Shown in pieces: positions 20,358 through 29,889 of a stretch of 64,000 nt of DNA (within the stretch, counting starts at the first letter, position 1; each line of letters begins with the position of its first letter). The notes under the pieces were generated by a model that did not search any database, had not been told where the DNA came from, and worked only from the letters and a program-made list of their open reading frames with translations. Origin of the DNA: Candidatus Thiothrix sulfatifontis. GTDB taxonomy: Bacteria; Pseudomonadota; Gammaproteobacteria; Thiotrichales; Thiotrichaceae. Where the stretch lies: NCBI GenBank assembly GCA_022828425.1, contig CP094685.1, forward strand, positions 3,016,046-3,080,045. Reading direction: 5' to 3'. A program made the position numbers and the translations under genes.

Positions 20358-21863
20358 CTATTCCGGCCTCATGTGCGGAAAAAGTATCACGTCTCTTATC
20401 GACGGCGCATCCGTAAACAGCATCACCAAGCGATCAATCCCAATCCCCTCACCCGCTGTCGGCGGCATCCCGTATTCCAACGCACGAATGTAATCTGCAT
20501 CAAAATGCATCGCTTCATCGTCGCCCGCGTCTTTATCCGCGACTTGCTGCATGAAACGTTCCGCCTGATCTTCCGCGTCATTCAACTCGGAAAAACCATT
20601 GCCGATTTCACGCCCACCGACAAAGAACTCGAAACGGTCAGTGATGAACGGGTTAGCATCATTGCGCCGCGCCAACGGCGACACTTCCGCCGGGTATTCG
20701 GTGATAAACGTCGGTTGCAGCAAACGGTGTTCGACGGTTTTCTCGAAAATCTCGATTTGCACTTTGCCCAAACCGTAGCCATCTTTGAGCGGAATGCCAA
20801 GCTTGCGAGCCACTTCGCGTGCGCCTTCCAGCGTATCAAGCTGTTCGGCAGACAACTCCGGGTTGAAGTGCAGAATGGAACTGCGCACACTCATCCGCGC
20901 AAACGGTTTGTCGAAATCGAAAGTTTCGCCCTGATACGTAATCTCATGGCTACCGACAACATCGTTGGCAATGCCGCGCATCAAACTTTCGGTCAAATCC
21001 ATCAGATCGTGGTAAGTCGCATACGCCTGATAGAATTCGATCATGGTGAATTCAGGGTTATGCCGCGTGGAAAGCCCCTCGTTGCGAAAGTTGCGGTTGA
21101 TTTCAAACACCCGTTCAAACCCACCGACTACCAGCCGCTTGAGGAACAATTCCGGCGCAATCCGCAAGTACATCGGCAAATCCAGCGCGTTATGGTGCGT
21201 GATAAACGGACGTGCCACAGCACCACCCGGAATCACTTGCAACATCGGCGTTTCGACTTCCAGATAATCGCGTTGCATGAAGAAATTGCGGATATAACCC
21301 ACAATTTTGGAACGCATCACAAACGCTTCACGGCTTTCCTGATTCATAATCAAATCAATGTAACGTTGGCGGTAACGCTGTTCGTGATCGGTCAAGCCGT
21401 GGAATTTTTCCGGCAGCGGGCGCAGCGATTTGGTCAGCAAGCGGATTTCATGCACCTTGACCGACAATTCGCCGGTTTTGGTTTTGAACAACATGCCGGA
21501 TGCCCAAATAATGTCGCCCAAATCCCAATGGCAATAGTCATCGAAAATCTCATCGCCCAGCACGTTTTTCTGCGCGTATAACTGAATACGCCCGGACGCA
21601 TCCGAAATCGTCGCAAAACTCGCCTTGCCCATAATGCGCTGGAGCATCATGCGCCCCGCCACCGTGACGGGAATGGCGTGCTCTTCAAACCATTCCTTAT
21701 CATTTGCGCCGTATTCCTGCTGCAAATCCGCCGCTTTGTGTTCACGCACCACGTCGTTGGGAAACGCCTTGCCCTGTTCGCGCAGTTTTGCCAGCTTGTC
21801 GCGGCGTTGCGTGATCAGTTTATTCTCATCATGCTGGTCGTGATGGTTGTCGTGTTCGCTCAT
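20358..21863 (-). CDS. lysS: Lysine--tRNA ligase (class II)
   Basis: 501 aa, colinear with LysS (OB-fold N-terminus, class II motifs). Downstream of prfB, as in E. coli. Confidence 0.95.
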   Translation of the reverse strand: MSEHDNHHDQHDENKLITQRRDKLAKLREQGKAFPNDVVREHKAADLQQEYGANDKEWFEEHAIPVTVAGRMMLQRIMGKASFATISDASGRIQLYAQKNVLGDEIFDDYCHWDLGDIIWASGMLFKTKTGELSVKVHEIRLLTKSLRPLPEKFHGLTDHEQRYRQRYIDLIMNQESREAFVMRSKIVGYIRNFFMQRDYLEVETPMLQVIPGGAVARPFITHHNALDLPMYLRIAPELFLKRLVVGGFERVFEINRNFRNEGLSTRHNPEFTMIEFYQAYATYHDLMDLTESLMRGIANDVVGSHEITYQGETFDFDKPFARMSVRSSILHFNPELSAEQLDTLEGAREVARKLGIPLKDGYGLGKVQIEIFEKTVEHRLLQPTFITEYPAEVSPLARRNDANPFITDRFEFFVGGREIGNGFSELNDAEDQAERFMQQVADKDAGDDEAMHFDADYIRALEYGMPPTAGEGIGIDRLVMLFTDAPSIRDVILFPHMRPE

Positions 21864-21876
21864 AACAGTCTCGCTT

Positions 21877-22972
21877 TTACAGCCCGCTTTTTAAGCTGGC
21901 TTCAATGAATTTGTCCAGATCGCCGTCCAACACCGCTTGAGTATTCGCCGTTTCCACACCCGTGCGCAAATCCTTGATGCGCGACTGGTCGAGAACATAC
22001 GACCGAATCTGACTGCCCCAACCAATGTCGGATTTGCTGTCTTCCAACGCCTGCTTTTCGACGTTGCGCTTTTGCATTTCCAGCTCGTAGAGTTTGGCAC
22101 GCAATTGCTTCATGGCATTGTCTTTGTTCTGGTGCTGGGAACGCCCGCTCTGGCATTGCACCACCGTATTGGTGGGCGTATGGGTAATCCGCACCGCCGA
22201 TTCGGTTTTGTTGATGTGCTGACCGCCCGCACCGGAAGCACGGTATACGTCGATGCGCAAATCCGCAGGGTTGATGTCGATTTCGATATTGTCATCGACT
22301 TCCGGCGACACGAAAACGCCGCTAAATGAAGTGTGGCGGCGGTTGCCAGAGTCGAACGGTGATTTGCGCACCAGTCGGTGTACGCCCGTTTCGGTACGTA
22401 ACCAGCCGAAAGCGTAAGGGCCTTCAAAGCTGATACTCGCGCCTTTAATGCCCGCCACGTCGCCAGGGCTGGCTTCGAGCAATTCGACTTTGAATCCTTT
22501 GGCTTCACCCCAACGCAAATACATGCGCAATAGGATTTCCGCCCAGTCTTGCGCTTCGGTACCGCCCGAACCGGCTTGGATGTCGAGGAAGGCGTTGTTG
22601 CGATCCATCGGCCCGGAGAACATGCGTTCAAATTCGAGTTGGGCGACGTGTTTGTCGATGCCATCGACATCAGCAATGACGGCATTGGCGCTGTCTTCGT
22701 CGTCTTCCATTTCGGCGAGTTCGAGCAATTCTTTCGCATCGGTAAGGCCGGAGCTGATCTTGTCAATGCCGCCAACAATGCCTTCGAGGATGGCGCGTTC
22801 TTTGCCGAGGTCTTGCGCCCGCTGCGCATTATCCCAGACTTTGGGGTCTTCGAGTTCGCGGCTAACTTCTTCTAAGCGTTCGCTTTTGACTTCGTAGTCA
22901 AAGATACCCCCGCAGAGCGTCCACGCGCCCTTGGAGATCTTTGATTTTGGTGTAGGTGGGGTTGAGTTCCAT
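21877..22972 (-). CDS. prfB: Peptide chain release factor 2, requires programmed +1 frameshift (join 22972..22901 with 22899..21877)
   Basis: Frame 0 is [24 protein letters not shown] followed by TGA. The +1 frame continues [12 protein letters not shown]..., with SPF and GGQ motifs. Confidence 0.9.
22897..22912 (-). promoter_or_regulatory. prfB +1 frameshift site (internal SD-like GGGGG, then CTT TGA C)
   Basis: Minus strand reads CGGGGGTATCTTTGAC, essentially the E. coli RF2 autoregulatory shift site. Confidence 0.85.
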
Positions 22973-23081
22973 GATATTTCGCTAGTACGAGAGAAAGCAG
23001 AGAATGATAGCAACCCCGGTTACAGATTCCTAGGGCGGTGTGCATGTGGAGTGAACGCGGTACTCTGATCCAACAGCGTGA

Positions 23082-23294
23082 ATTAACGCTGCTGCTTCGC
23101 GACTTCTTGCCGACGAACCCACCGCGCCGCTGGATGGCGAACGGGCATTGGCGGTGGTGAAAATCCTCAACGACATGGCGCAACAGCATCAAACCGCGAT
23201 TATTGTGGTCACGCATGATGAGAAGATCATTCCGACCTTTAAGCGGCTGTATCATATTCGCGATGGCAGGACGTATGAGGAAGCAGTTTCTTGA
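23082..23294 (+). pseudogene. 3-prime remnant of an ABC transporter ATP-binding gene (LolD/MacB-like)
   Basis: Translation gives ...RLLLADEPTAPLDGERALAVVKILNDMAQQHQTAIIVVTHDEKIIPTFKRLYHIRDGRTYEEAVS, i.e. Walker B onward only. No Walker A or signature region upstream, and a stop lies at 23079. Confidence 0.6.
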
Positions 23295-23345
23295 TTGTGA
23301 TCATGCTAAAATGACAGTGTTTTCAGGCAAAAAACAGGTGACATC

Positions 23346-23525
23346 GTGCTAACTAATGAACAAAAACTGCGCTATTTCCAAACGCATCGCAACAGCAATT
23401 ACCGTGCCAGCTTGCGTTTGGAGGGATTTAAAGTCGTGCCTGACAAGGAAGTCAACCTTGATACACTGACTCGCCAGCAAATTCTGCAACGAATCGAACG
23501 CATTACTGCCCACTATGCAGGATAA
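23346..23525 (+). CDS. yhfG: YhfG-like class I Fic antitoxin (59 aa)
   Basis: Below the ORF-track size cutoff. GTG 23346 follows AGGTG. MLTNEQKLRYFQTHRNSNYRASLRLEGFKV... contains the inhibitory S-x-x-x-E-G motif. Overlaps the fic start by 11 nt. Confidence 0.6.
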   Translation: MLTNEQKLRYFQTHRNSNYRASLRLEGFKVVPDKEVNLDTLTRQQILQRIERITAHYAG

Positions 23526-24102
23526 GTACGGTGTTGCACACGATCCGGCTTGCTACCCAAACAGCACGGTTTTAATCAATAAGCTCAATATCCGTGACGC
23601 AGAAGAACTTGCCGAAATCGAAAAAGCCTTGACCGAATCCAGAGCGGCATTGTTTGAACCCGATTTTTCAGTCTTTGATTTATCAGCCTTGTGTGGCATC
23701 CACCATTACTTATTTCAAGACATTTACCCGTGGGCGGGAGCGTTGCGAACGGTTGACATCAGTAAAGGTAGTACCCGTTTTTGTACCGCCACTTACGTTG
23801 AAAAAGAAGCCAACAAACTGTTATACAAATTGGCAGGTGAACATTATCTGGTCGGTTGTTCAACTTCCACAGTGGCACGACTGGCGGATTATTACTGCGA
23901 ATTGAATGTAATTCACCCCTTCCGTGAGGGTAACGGACGCACTCAACGCCTCTTTTTTGAACTGCTGGCTATCAACGCTGGGTACGGTTTGGATTGGTCA
24001 CAAGTGGAACAACATGAGTGGATTCAAGCCAACATTGCCGGTTATTTGGGTGATTTGCAGCCTTTAGAAACACTGTTTCAACGCATAATCAGCCGTATTT
24101 AG
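23515..24102 (+). CDS. fic: Fic family protein (adenylyltransferase-type toxin)
   Basis: 195 aa. Canonical HPFREGNGRTQR motif, colinear with E. coli Fic. Confidence 0.85.
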   Translation: MQDKYGVAHDPACYPNSTVLINKLNIRDAEELAEIEKALTESRAALFEPDFSVFDLSALCGIHHYLFQDIYPWAGALRTVDISKGSTRFCTATYVEKEANKLLYKLAGEHYLVGCSTSTVARLADYYCELNVIHPFREGNGRTQRLFFELLAINAGYGLDWSQVEQHEWIQANIAGYLGDLQPLETLFQRIISRI

Positions 24103-24112
24103 CAGCATTTAT

Positions 24113-24970
24113 TCAAGATTGCGATGCCCCTTGCTGCTTCGCCACCTCCCGCAAACCTTGCACCGCCTGTTCCAACACCATGCTCTCCGCTTTTTGCGGG
24201 TAAACCATGTACGCCGGATGGTCGTATTCCGGTGCACCCAACACCGGAAACAATTGCCCCGTCGTCAACAACGGCTGTGCCAAACGCACCGGCAAAAAAC
24301 AGCAGCCGCCATTCGCCAGCACCAGTTGGATTGCCAACCAGCCGATATTTGCCACCAACGCAGGCGTTTCCATCTGCGGGAAACTTTGGCGGTGTTGCGC
24401 ATGAAAACTTGCACCCCAATCAACGTGGACATAACCCGACCCCGGTTCGTGAACATCGGGGCGACTGCTGACCAGAATCAGACGTTCGTCAAACAAATGT
24501 TCAACGATTAAACCCGGCTGATGGCTGGGCGTGTACATCAAACCCATGTCGAGCGTGCCTTCAATCAAGCGGCGCATCAGGTCATCTTCAAAGCCGATTT
24601 CCGTGCGCATCGCCACATCGGGATTGGTGAGGCGCATCCACCCGACCCATTGCGGCAAAAAGCCTTCCCACAAGGCAATGCGCCCTCCGACACGCAGCAT
24701 GGCGCGGTAACGGCTGGATGAACCCACGTCGTGAATCGCCTGTTCAGCGGTGAATACCAGCCGTTTGGCGTATTCCAGAAAACGCCGTCCTGCGGGTGTC
24801 AGGCTCGCGCCGGAACGGTTGCGCACGAATAACCGCGCATTAAGGGTTTCCTCCAGCCGTTGAATCCGCGCACTCACGGTGGATTGCGTGAGGTGTAGCT
24901 GGCTGGCAGCGGCAATAAAACTGCCGTGGGCAGCAATCGCGAGGAAAGTACGGGCTTGTTCGGTATCCAT
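24113..24970 (-). CDS. LysR family transcriptional regulator
   Basis: 285 aa. N-terminal HTH FLAIAAHGSFIAAASQLHLTQSTVSARIQRLE plus a LysR substrate-binding body. Confidence 0.85.
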   Translation of the reverse strand: MDTEQARTFLAIAAHGSFIAAASQLHLTQSTVSARIQRLEETLNARLFVRNRSGASLTPAGRRFLEYAKRLVFTAEQAIHDVGSSSRYRAMLRVGGRIALWEGFLPQWVGWMRLTNPDVAMRTEIGFEDDLMRRLIEGTLDMGLMYTPSHQPGLIVEHLFDERLILVSSRPDVHEPGSGYVHVDWGASFHAQHRQSFPQMETPALVANIGWLAIQLVLANGGCCFLPVRLAQPLLTTGQLFPVLGAPEYDHPAYMVYPQKAESMVLEQAVQGLREVAKQQGASQS

Positions 24971-25088
24971 GCGGTACTCTTTATATCGACAACTCCGATA
25001 TTAGACAGCAAAAAATATCGTTATGTAAGGATTAAGGCTTATCGCTATGCTTGAATTTGAACGCTTTAGTAGGAAAAGGAGATGCACC

Positions 25089-25421
25089 ATGCCCACAGAA
25101 ATAAACGCTGAACGCGATGCCGAAGGCTATCTCGTCAACCCCGAAGACTGGAATCCAGACCTCGCCCACGTTTTAGCCGCCGAAGAAAACATCGCATTGA
25201 CCGATGCGTATTGGGTGGTGTTGAACTTCGTGCGCGATTCGTGGGGCGAGAACCAAATCACGCCCGACATTCGCCACGTCACTGATTTCATGGCAAAACA
25301 GCAAGGCATCGACAAAAAAGCAGCCAAGCAGCAATTGTTCCAGTTGTTCCCGTATGGCTATGTGAAACAAGTGTGCAAGATTGCCGGGATGCAACGCCCA
25401 CGTGCGTGGAGTACGGGCTAA
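25089..25421 (+). CDS. DsrC/TusE-family protein lacking the C-terminal active-site cysteine
   Basis: ATG 25089 after AGGAG (ORF track starts at 25047). 110 aa, colinear with E. coli TusE (EGYL..., LFPYGYVKQVCKIAG...) but ending QRPRAWSTG. Confidence 0.7.
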   Translation: MPTEINAERDAEGYLVNPEDWNPDLAHVLAAEENIALTDAYWVVLNFVRDSWGENQITPDIRHVTDFMAKQQGIDKKAAKQQLFQLFPYGYVKQVCKIAGMQRPRAWSTG

Positions 25422-25564
25422 TTGCAAGCGGCAGTTATACTGGACTTGGCGGCGAAATTTCCACTGTTGCAGTGGATTTCGCTGTTGATCGTGTGGGTGG
25501 CGCACATTATTCCGTCATTAAGCTTTTTTGCATGGCAAATAGGCTTTTGCTAGAGTGTTGTGCT

Positions 25565-25873
25565 ATGCGTAAACACATTATTTTGCTCTTGATTTTGCTC
25601 ATCACTGCCCTGCCCGTCTGGTCAGCGGTGTTGGTGTGCCATCATGTGCAAACGCAACCGATGCAGACGCAAATGCAGATGAGCGACCATCATTGTTGCC
25701 TCGATGAGCAAGCCGATACCTGCCATTGTGATCAACTTCAGCACGCGCAATTTATCCTAAGCTTGCCAACAACAGTGATTGCAGCACCGCGCAGCCACTT
25801 TATACCGCCTACTTTATCACCGCAACGCTTGCCAAAAGGCACTGACGTACCCTACCGCCCGCCCATCGTCTGA
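25565..25873 (+). CDS. Small secreted His/Cys/Met-rich protein (possible periplasmic metal binding)
   Basis: ATG 25565 inside ORF 25373-25873. Signal peptide MRKHIILLLILLITALPVWSA, then CHHVQTQPMQTQMQMSDHHCCLDEQADTCHCD. Confidence 0.4.
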   Translation: MRKHIILLLILLITALPVWSAVLVCHHVQTQPMQTQMQMSDHHCCLDEQADTCHCDQLQHAQFILSLPTTVIAAPRSHFIPPTLSPQRLPKGTDVPYRPPIV

Positions 25874-25930
25874 GCTTGTTCTCGTTATCTCACTTGAATT
25901 TTAACCTCTGAATTAACGGAAGATTTTTCT

Positions 25931-26545
25931 ATGAATAAGCATTTCTATTTTGGCGAAGTGGTGGATGGCTATGCCGTGCGTGTATTGAACGAACGCGAGG
26001 CGCGTGCCGCAGCAGGGTTGTTATTTGTGTTTGCGATCCTGTCGTTTTTGTATGCGTATCGCACGATGGATTTTCGCTACACCAGCATTTTTATCACGTT
26101 TTTTATGGTGGATTTTTTTATCCGCGTCTTAGTGAATCCCAAATACGCGCCCAGCCTGATTATTGGGCGTTTTTTTGTGTCACGGCAACAACCCGAATAC
26201 GTCGGGGCAGCGCAAAAGCGGTTTGCGTGGAGCATTGGCTTGGTGTTGTCGATCATTATGTTCTGGCTGGTAGTGATGGTGGAAATGATGACACCGATTA
26301 AGATCTACATTTGCGTCACTTGCTTGGTTTTGTTGTTTAGCGAAACCGCGTTTGGGATTTGCATTGGCTGTGTGCTGCACAATTGGATTCGCAAAACGCC
26401 GCCGACACTTTGCCCCGGCGGGGTGTGTGAAGTGCGGGAGAAAGCAGCCATTCAGCGCATTGATTGGCTGCAAAGCAGTATCGCGCTGGCAACATTAGCC
26501 GTGGTGGGCATGTTGAGCTATCAGTCATTTCATGCTATACAGTAG
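25931..26545 (+). CDS. DUF4395-like membrane protein
   Basis: 204 aa. N-terminal FGEVVDGYAVRVLNEREARAAAGLLF, 4-5 TM segments, C-terminal CPGGVCEV. Paralogue of 29890-30627. Confidence 0.5.
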   Translation: MNKHFYFGEVVDGYAVRVLNEREARAAAGLLFVFAILSFLYAYRTMDFRYTSIFITFFMVDFFIRVLVNPKYAPSLIIGRFFVSRQQPEYVGAAQKRFAWSIGLVLSIIMFWLVVMVEMMTPIKIYICVTCLVLLFSETAFGICIGCVLHNWIRKTPPTLCPGGVCEVREKAAIQRIDWLQSSIALATLAVVGMLSYQSFHAIQ

Positions 26546-26580
26546 TAACTTTTACAAATTTGTAATATATACTACTTTAT

Positions 26581-27519
26581 ATGAATTGGTTGCTCCTCAT
26601 TCTCTCGCTACCGACTGAAAATGCGACCGCACGGATGCGTATCTGGCGTGCCACCAAAGCTTTGGGGTGCGCCAGTTTGCGTGATGGCGTGTGGTTATTA
26701 CCCAACAGCGACCATACCCGTGTCCGTTTGGAACCCGTGGCGGACGATACCCGCAAATCTGGCGGCGAAGCGTGGGTGTTGGCGATTCAAAGTGACGCGC
26801 CACAAACCGACGTTTTTACGCGCTTATTTGACCGTGGCGTAGACTACAGCGCGTGGCTGGATGATTTGGCGCAATTTGACCCGCTGGCAACCGATCTTGC
26901 CACTACCCGCAAACAACTGAAAAACCTCAGTAAACGGCTCACCGCCATTACCGACACCGATTATTTCCCGCACCCGTTGCAAGCGACCGCACACGAACGC
27001 CTGCACACCGCAGAAACAGCGTTGCGCGGACGACTGCCGACTGCCGAACCCGCGTTCCAGCAAGGCGAACCCGAACGGCTTATCCTTGCCGATTTCCAAG
27101 GTAAAACGTGGGCAACCCGCCGCGATTTGTGGGTAGACCGCCTCGCTTCGGCATGGCTGATCCGGCGTTTTATCGACCTGCAAGCGCAGTTTTGCTGGTT
27201 GGAAAACGGGATGGATTGCCCCGCTGAGGCGCTCGGTTTCGATTTTGACGGGGCGCGTTTTAGCCACATTGGACGCTACGTGACGTTTGAAACCTTGCTG
27301 CACAGTTTCGGGCTGGCGCAAAATGTTGGGCTGCAACGCTTGGCGCATCTGGTGCATACACTGGATGTGGGTGGCAATGCGCCGGAAGCTGCTGGATTTG
27401 CGGTGCTGCTGAAAGGTTTAAAACACCGCGCCTTGAATGATGACGTGCTGCTGGCGGAAGGCGGGCAGCTCCTCGATGATCTTTATTGCGCTTTTTCCCT
27501 ACCGGAGGATTCCCTTTGA
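26581..27519 (+). CDS. chrB: Chromate resistance protein ChrB
   Basis: 312 aa. N-terminal WLLLILSLPTENATARMRIWRATKALGCASLRDGVWLLP is typical of ChrB. Its stop overlaps the chrA start. Confidence 0.75.
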   Translation: MNWLLLILSLPTENATARMRIWRATKALGCASLRDGVWLLPNSDHTRVRLEPVADDTRKSGGEAWVLAIQSDAPQTDVFTRLFDRGVDYSAWLDDLAQFDPLATDLATTRKQLKNLSKRLTAITDTDYFPHPLQATAHERLHTAETALRGRLPTAEPAFQQGEPERLILADFQGKTWATRRDLWVDRLASAWLIRRFIDLQAQFCWLENGMDCPAEALGFDFDGARFSHIGRYVTFETLLHSFGLAQNVGLQRLAHLVHTLDVGGNAPEAAGFAVLLKGLKHRALNDDVLLAEGGQLLDDLYCAFSLPEDSL

Positions 27520-28874
27520 GCGATACACCACAGACTGCACCACAAGCCCCAACCTTGGGTGAAGCATTTTTCTATTGGCTGAAACTCGGTTTCATCAGCT
27601 TTGGCGGCCCGATGGGGCAGATTGCGATGATGCACACCGATCTGGTGGAAAAGAAACGCTGGATTTCGGAACACCGTTTTTTACACGCGCTGAATTTCTG
27701 CATGATCTTGCCGGGGCCGGAAGCGATCCAGTTGGCGATTTACATTAGCTGGTTGATGCACGGCGTGACGGGGGCGGTGATGGCGGGGGTATTGTTCTTT
27801 ATGCCTGCGTTTTTGCTGCTATCGGTATTGGCGGGGGTGTATCTGGCGTGGGGCGATGTGCCGCTGATGCAAGGTTTGTTCTATGGCATAAAACCCGCAG
27901 TCGTGGCGATTGTGCTGTTTGCGGCGTGGCGAATTGGCTCGAAGGCACTGAAAAACAGCGTCCTATGGGGTATTGCAGCAGCGGCTTTTGTTGCCATTTT
28001 TGTGTTTGGGATTGGTTTCCCGTGGATTGTGTTGGCAGCCGCGTTGTTGGGTGTGATTGGCGGCAAAATCATGCCTGACAAGTTCAAAGGCGGCGGCGGG
28101 CATGGCGCATCTGACAAGCAACACGGCGCGGCGGTGATTGATGACCACACCCCAACGCCCGCACACGCCAAGTTTTCATGGGCAAAACTGGGTATCACTG
28201 TCGTCGCTTTTATCGGCATTTGGGCAGTCGCGATGTTCGCGCTGAGTGGCAATCAAGCCTTGAGTGAGATGGGTAACTTCTTCACTAAAGCAGCGTTTTT
28301 GACGATTGGCGGGGCGTATGCGGTGCTGCCGTATGTGTACCAAGGTGGAGTCGAGCAGTACGGCTGGCTGACGGGTGCGCAAATGATGGATGGTCTGGCA
28401 TTGGGTGAAACCACGCCGGGGCCGCTAATCATGGTCGTTACTTGGGTCGGCTATCTGGGCGGTGTGGCAAAAACAGTCGTAGCCAACCCGATTGCAGCAG
28501 GTTTTGCGGGGGCTGCCGTCGCCACCTTTTTCACGTTTTTACCGTCATTCCTGTTCATCCTCGCGGTGGGGCCAGTGGTGGAAAGCTCACGTAATGACCT
28601 CAAATTTACCGCACCTTTGACCGGCGTGACTGCGGCGGTGGTGGGTGTGATTATGAATCTGGCGGTGTTTTTCGCGTGGCATACGTTTTGGCCTAAAGCG
28701 ACGAATACGACCCCGTTTGTCGCACCGTTTGAATGGTTCGCCGTGGTGGTGGCTGTGGGTGCGTTTGTCGCGCTGTGGAAATACAAGGTGGATGTGATGA
28801 AGGTAATCGGCGTGTGTGCCGTGTTGGGATTAGGTTATACACTGGCTATGGGCGCAATAGTCGTCGCCAGATAA
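27516..28874 (+). CDS. chrA: Chromate ion transporter (CHR family)
   Basis: ORF 27486-28874. Likely TTG 27516, with GGAGGA 6 nt upstream and a TTGA overlap with the chrB stop. ~10-12 TM with duplicated CHR halves. Confidence 0.85.
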   Translation: MSDTPQTAPQAPTLGEAFFYWLKLGFISFGGPMGQIAMMHTDLVEKKRWISEHRFLHALNFCMILPGPEAIQLAIYISWLMHGVTGAVMAGVLFFMPAFLLLSVLAGVYLAWGDVPLMQGLFYGIKPAVVAIVLFAAWRIGSKALKNSVLWGIAAAAFVAIFVFGIGFPWIVLAAALLGVIGGKIMPDKFKGGGGHGASDKQHGAAVIDDHTPTPAHAKFSWAKLGITVVAFIGIWAVAMFALSGNQALSEMGNFFTKAAFLTIGGAYAVLPYVYQGGVEQYGWLTGAQMMDGLALGETTPGPLIMVVTWVGYLGGVAKTVVANPIAAGFAGAAVATFFTFLPSFLFILAVGPVVESSRNDLKFTAPLTGVTAAVVGVIMNLAVFFAWHTFWPKATNTTPFVAPFEWFAVVVAVGAFVALWKYKVDVMKVIGVCAVLGLGYTLAMGAIVVAR

Positions 28875-28929
28875 ACTAATGAACGGTGAAACATCAGGTA
28901 GCGCCTGATGTTTCACCTTCGCCTTATGC

Positions 28930-29862
28930 TTACTCCGCCTCTAGCTGCAAGTACGTCTGATGCACATTGCGCCCATGCAAGTCTTTGGACAATTTGAGGA
29001 AGCTGAATTTATCATCTGCTGACAAGCGTTTAACCGCATCGCCCAAATCTTCCATCGCCTCTAGCGACTTGCCGACCTCCGCGACCAGCCAATCGAGGTA
29101 ATCGCCGGTATTTTTCTGCGCGGTAGCCAAATCGCTGGGTGCGCCATGCCCCGCAATGACGTGATCGGGCTTGAGTTCCGCCATTTTCTTGAAGGTTGCT
29201 TGCCAGTGTTTGATCTTGGTAATCTCTGGCAATACACCCAGCATCCGCTCGTTGAACACCATATCACCCGTGAACACCACTTTTTCCTTGGGCAACCACA
29301 GCACTGCATCGCCGGGGAAATGCGCATCGCCAAGGTAACGCAACGCCATTTCCACGCCCCCGATGGTGAGGGTTTTTTCGTCGCTCTCAAAGGTTTCGCT
29401 GGCATATGCCACCTTCAGGTCTTCGGGCTTACCGCCAATCGCGCTGGACAGGCGCATCCGGTTCATGGGTTCTTGTTCGTGCTGGCTTGCCACCGTTTTG
29501 GCTAAGGCACTGACCGGGATTTTTTGCGCGAGGAAATGGCTATTGCCCATCCAGTGGTGGTCTTGCACGCCGATGTTCAGCACTTGCTTGATCGGTTTGT
29601 CGGTGACGCTTTTGACGGCGGCTTCGAGCATTTTTGCGCTGCCTGCGGTTGCGCCAGAACCGACCAATACTACCCTGTCGGCGGTAATAATAAAGCCGGT
29701 GGTATTGTTCAACCCTTGGTTTTCAGCACTGCGCTGATCGAGTTCGCCAATGATGGCGTACACGTTGTCCGTGACTTTTTGGGTGGTGGGTTCAAAAGCG
29801 TGAGCGAGTGGCGCGGCTAATAGCAGCAAGCCGATGAGTCCCGCTGAGAGTTTGCTTAACAT
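28930..29862 (-). CDS. Secreted metallo-beta-lactamase-fold protein
   Basis: 310 aa. Signal peptide. MBL-like layout (..VQDHHWMGN.., ..GDAHFPGD.., ..AGHG..). The first two His of HxHxDH are not evident. Confidence 0.55.
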   Translation of the reverse strand: MLSKLSAGLIGLLLLAAPLAHAFEPTTQKVTDNVYAIIGELDQRSAENQGLNNTTGFIITADRVVLVGSGATAGSAKMLEAAVKSVTDKPIKQVLNIGVQDHHWMGNSHFLAQKIPVSALAKTVASQHEQEPMNRMRLSSAIGGKPEDLKVAYASETFESDEKTLTIGGVEMALRYLGDAHFPGDAVLWLPKEKVVFTGDMVFNERMLGVLPEITKIKHWQATFKKMAELKPDHVIAGHGAPSDLATAQKNTGDYLDWLVAEVGKSLEAMEDLGDAVKRLSADDKFSFLKLSKDLHGRNVHQTYLQLEAE

Positions 29863-29889
29863 GGTGTAGTCCTAACGGTTTCGATTAAT

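Noticed and set aside
20373-21581. 402-aa plus-strand ORF
   Set aside because: It lies entirely antisense to the well-supported lysS gene. It has an Arg/His/Phe-rich, low-complexity composition typical of shadow ORFs and no RBS.
21877-23013. 378-aa single-frame version of prfB
   Set aside because: The first about 38 residues come from the +1 frame upstream of the shift site. The true N-terminus is the 24-codon frame-0 segment starting at 22972.
22872-23255. 127-aa minus-strand ORF upstream of prfB
   Set aside because: It spans the prfB 5-prime end and runs antisense to the recognisable ABC-ATPase remnant. No RBS and no motif.
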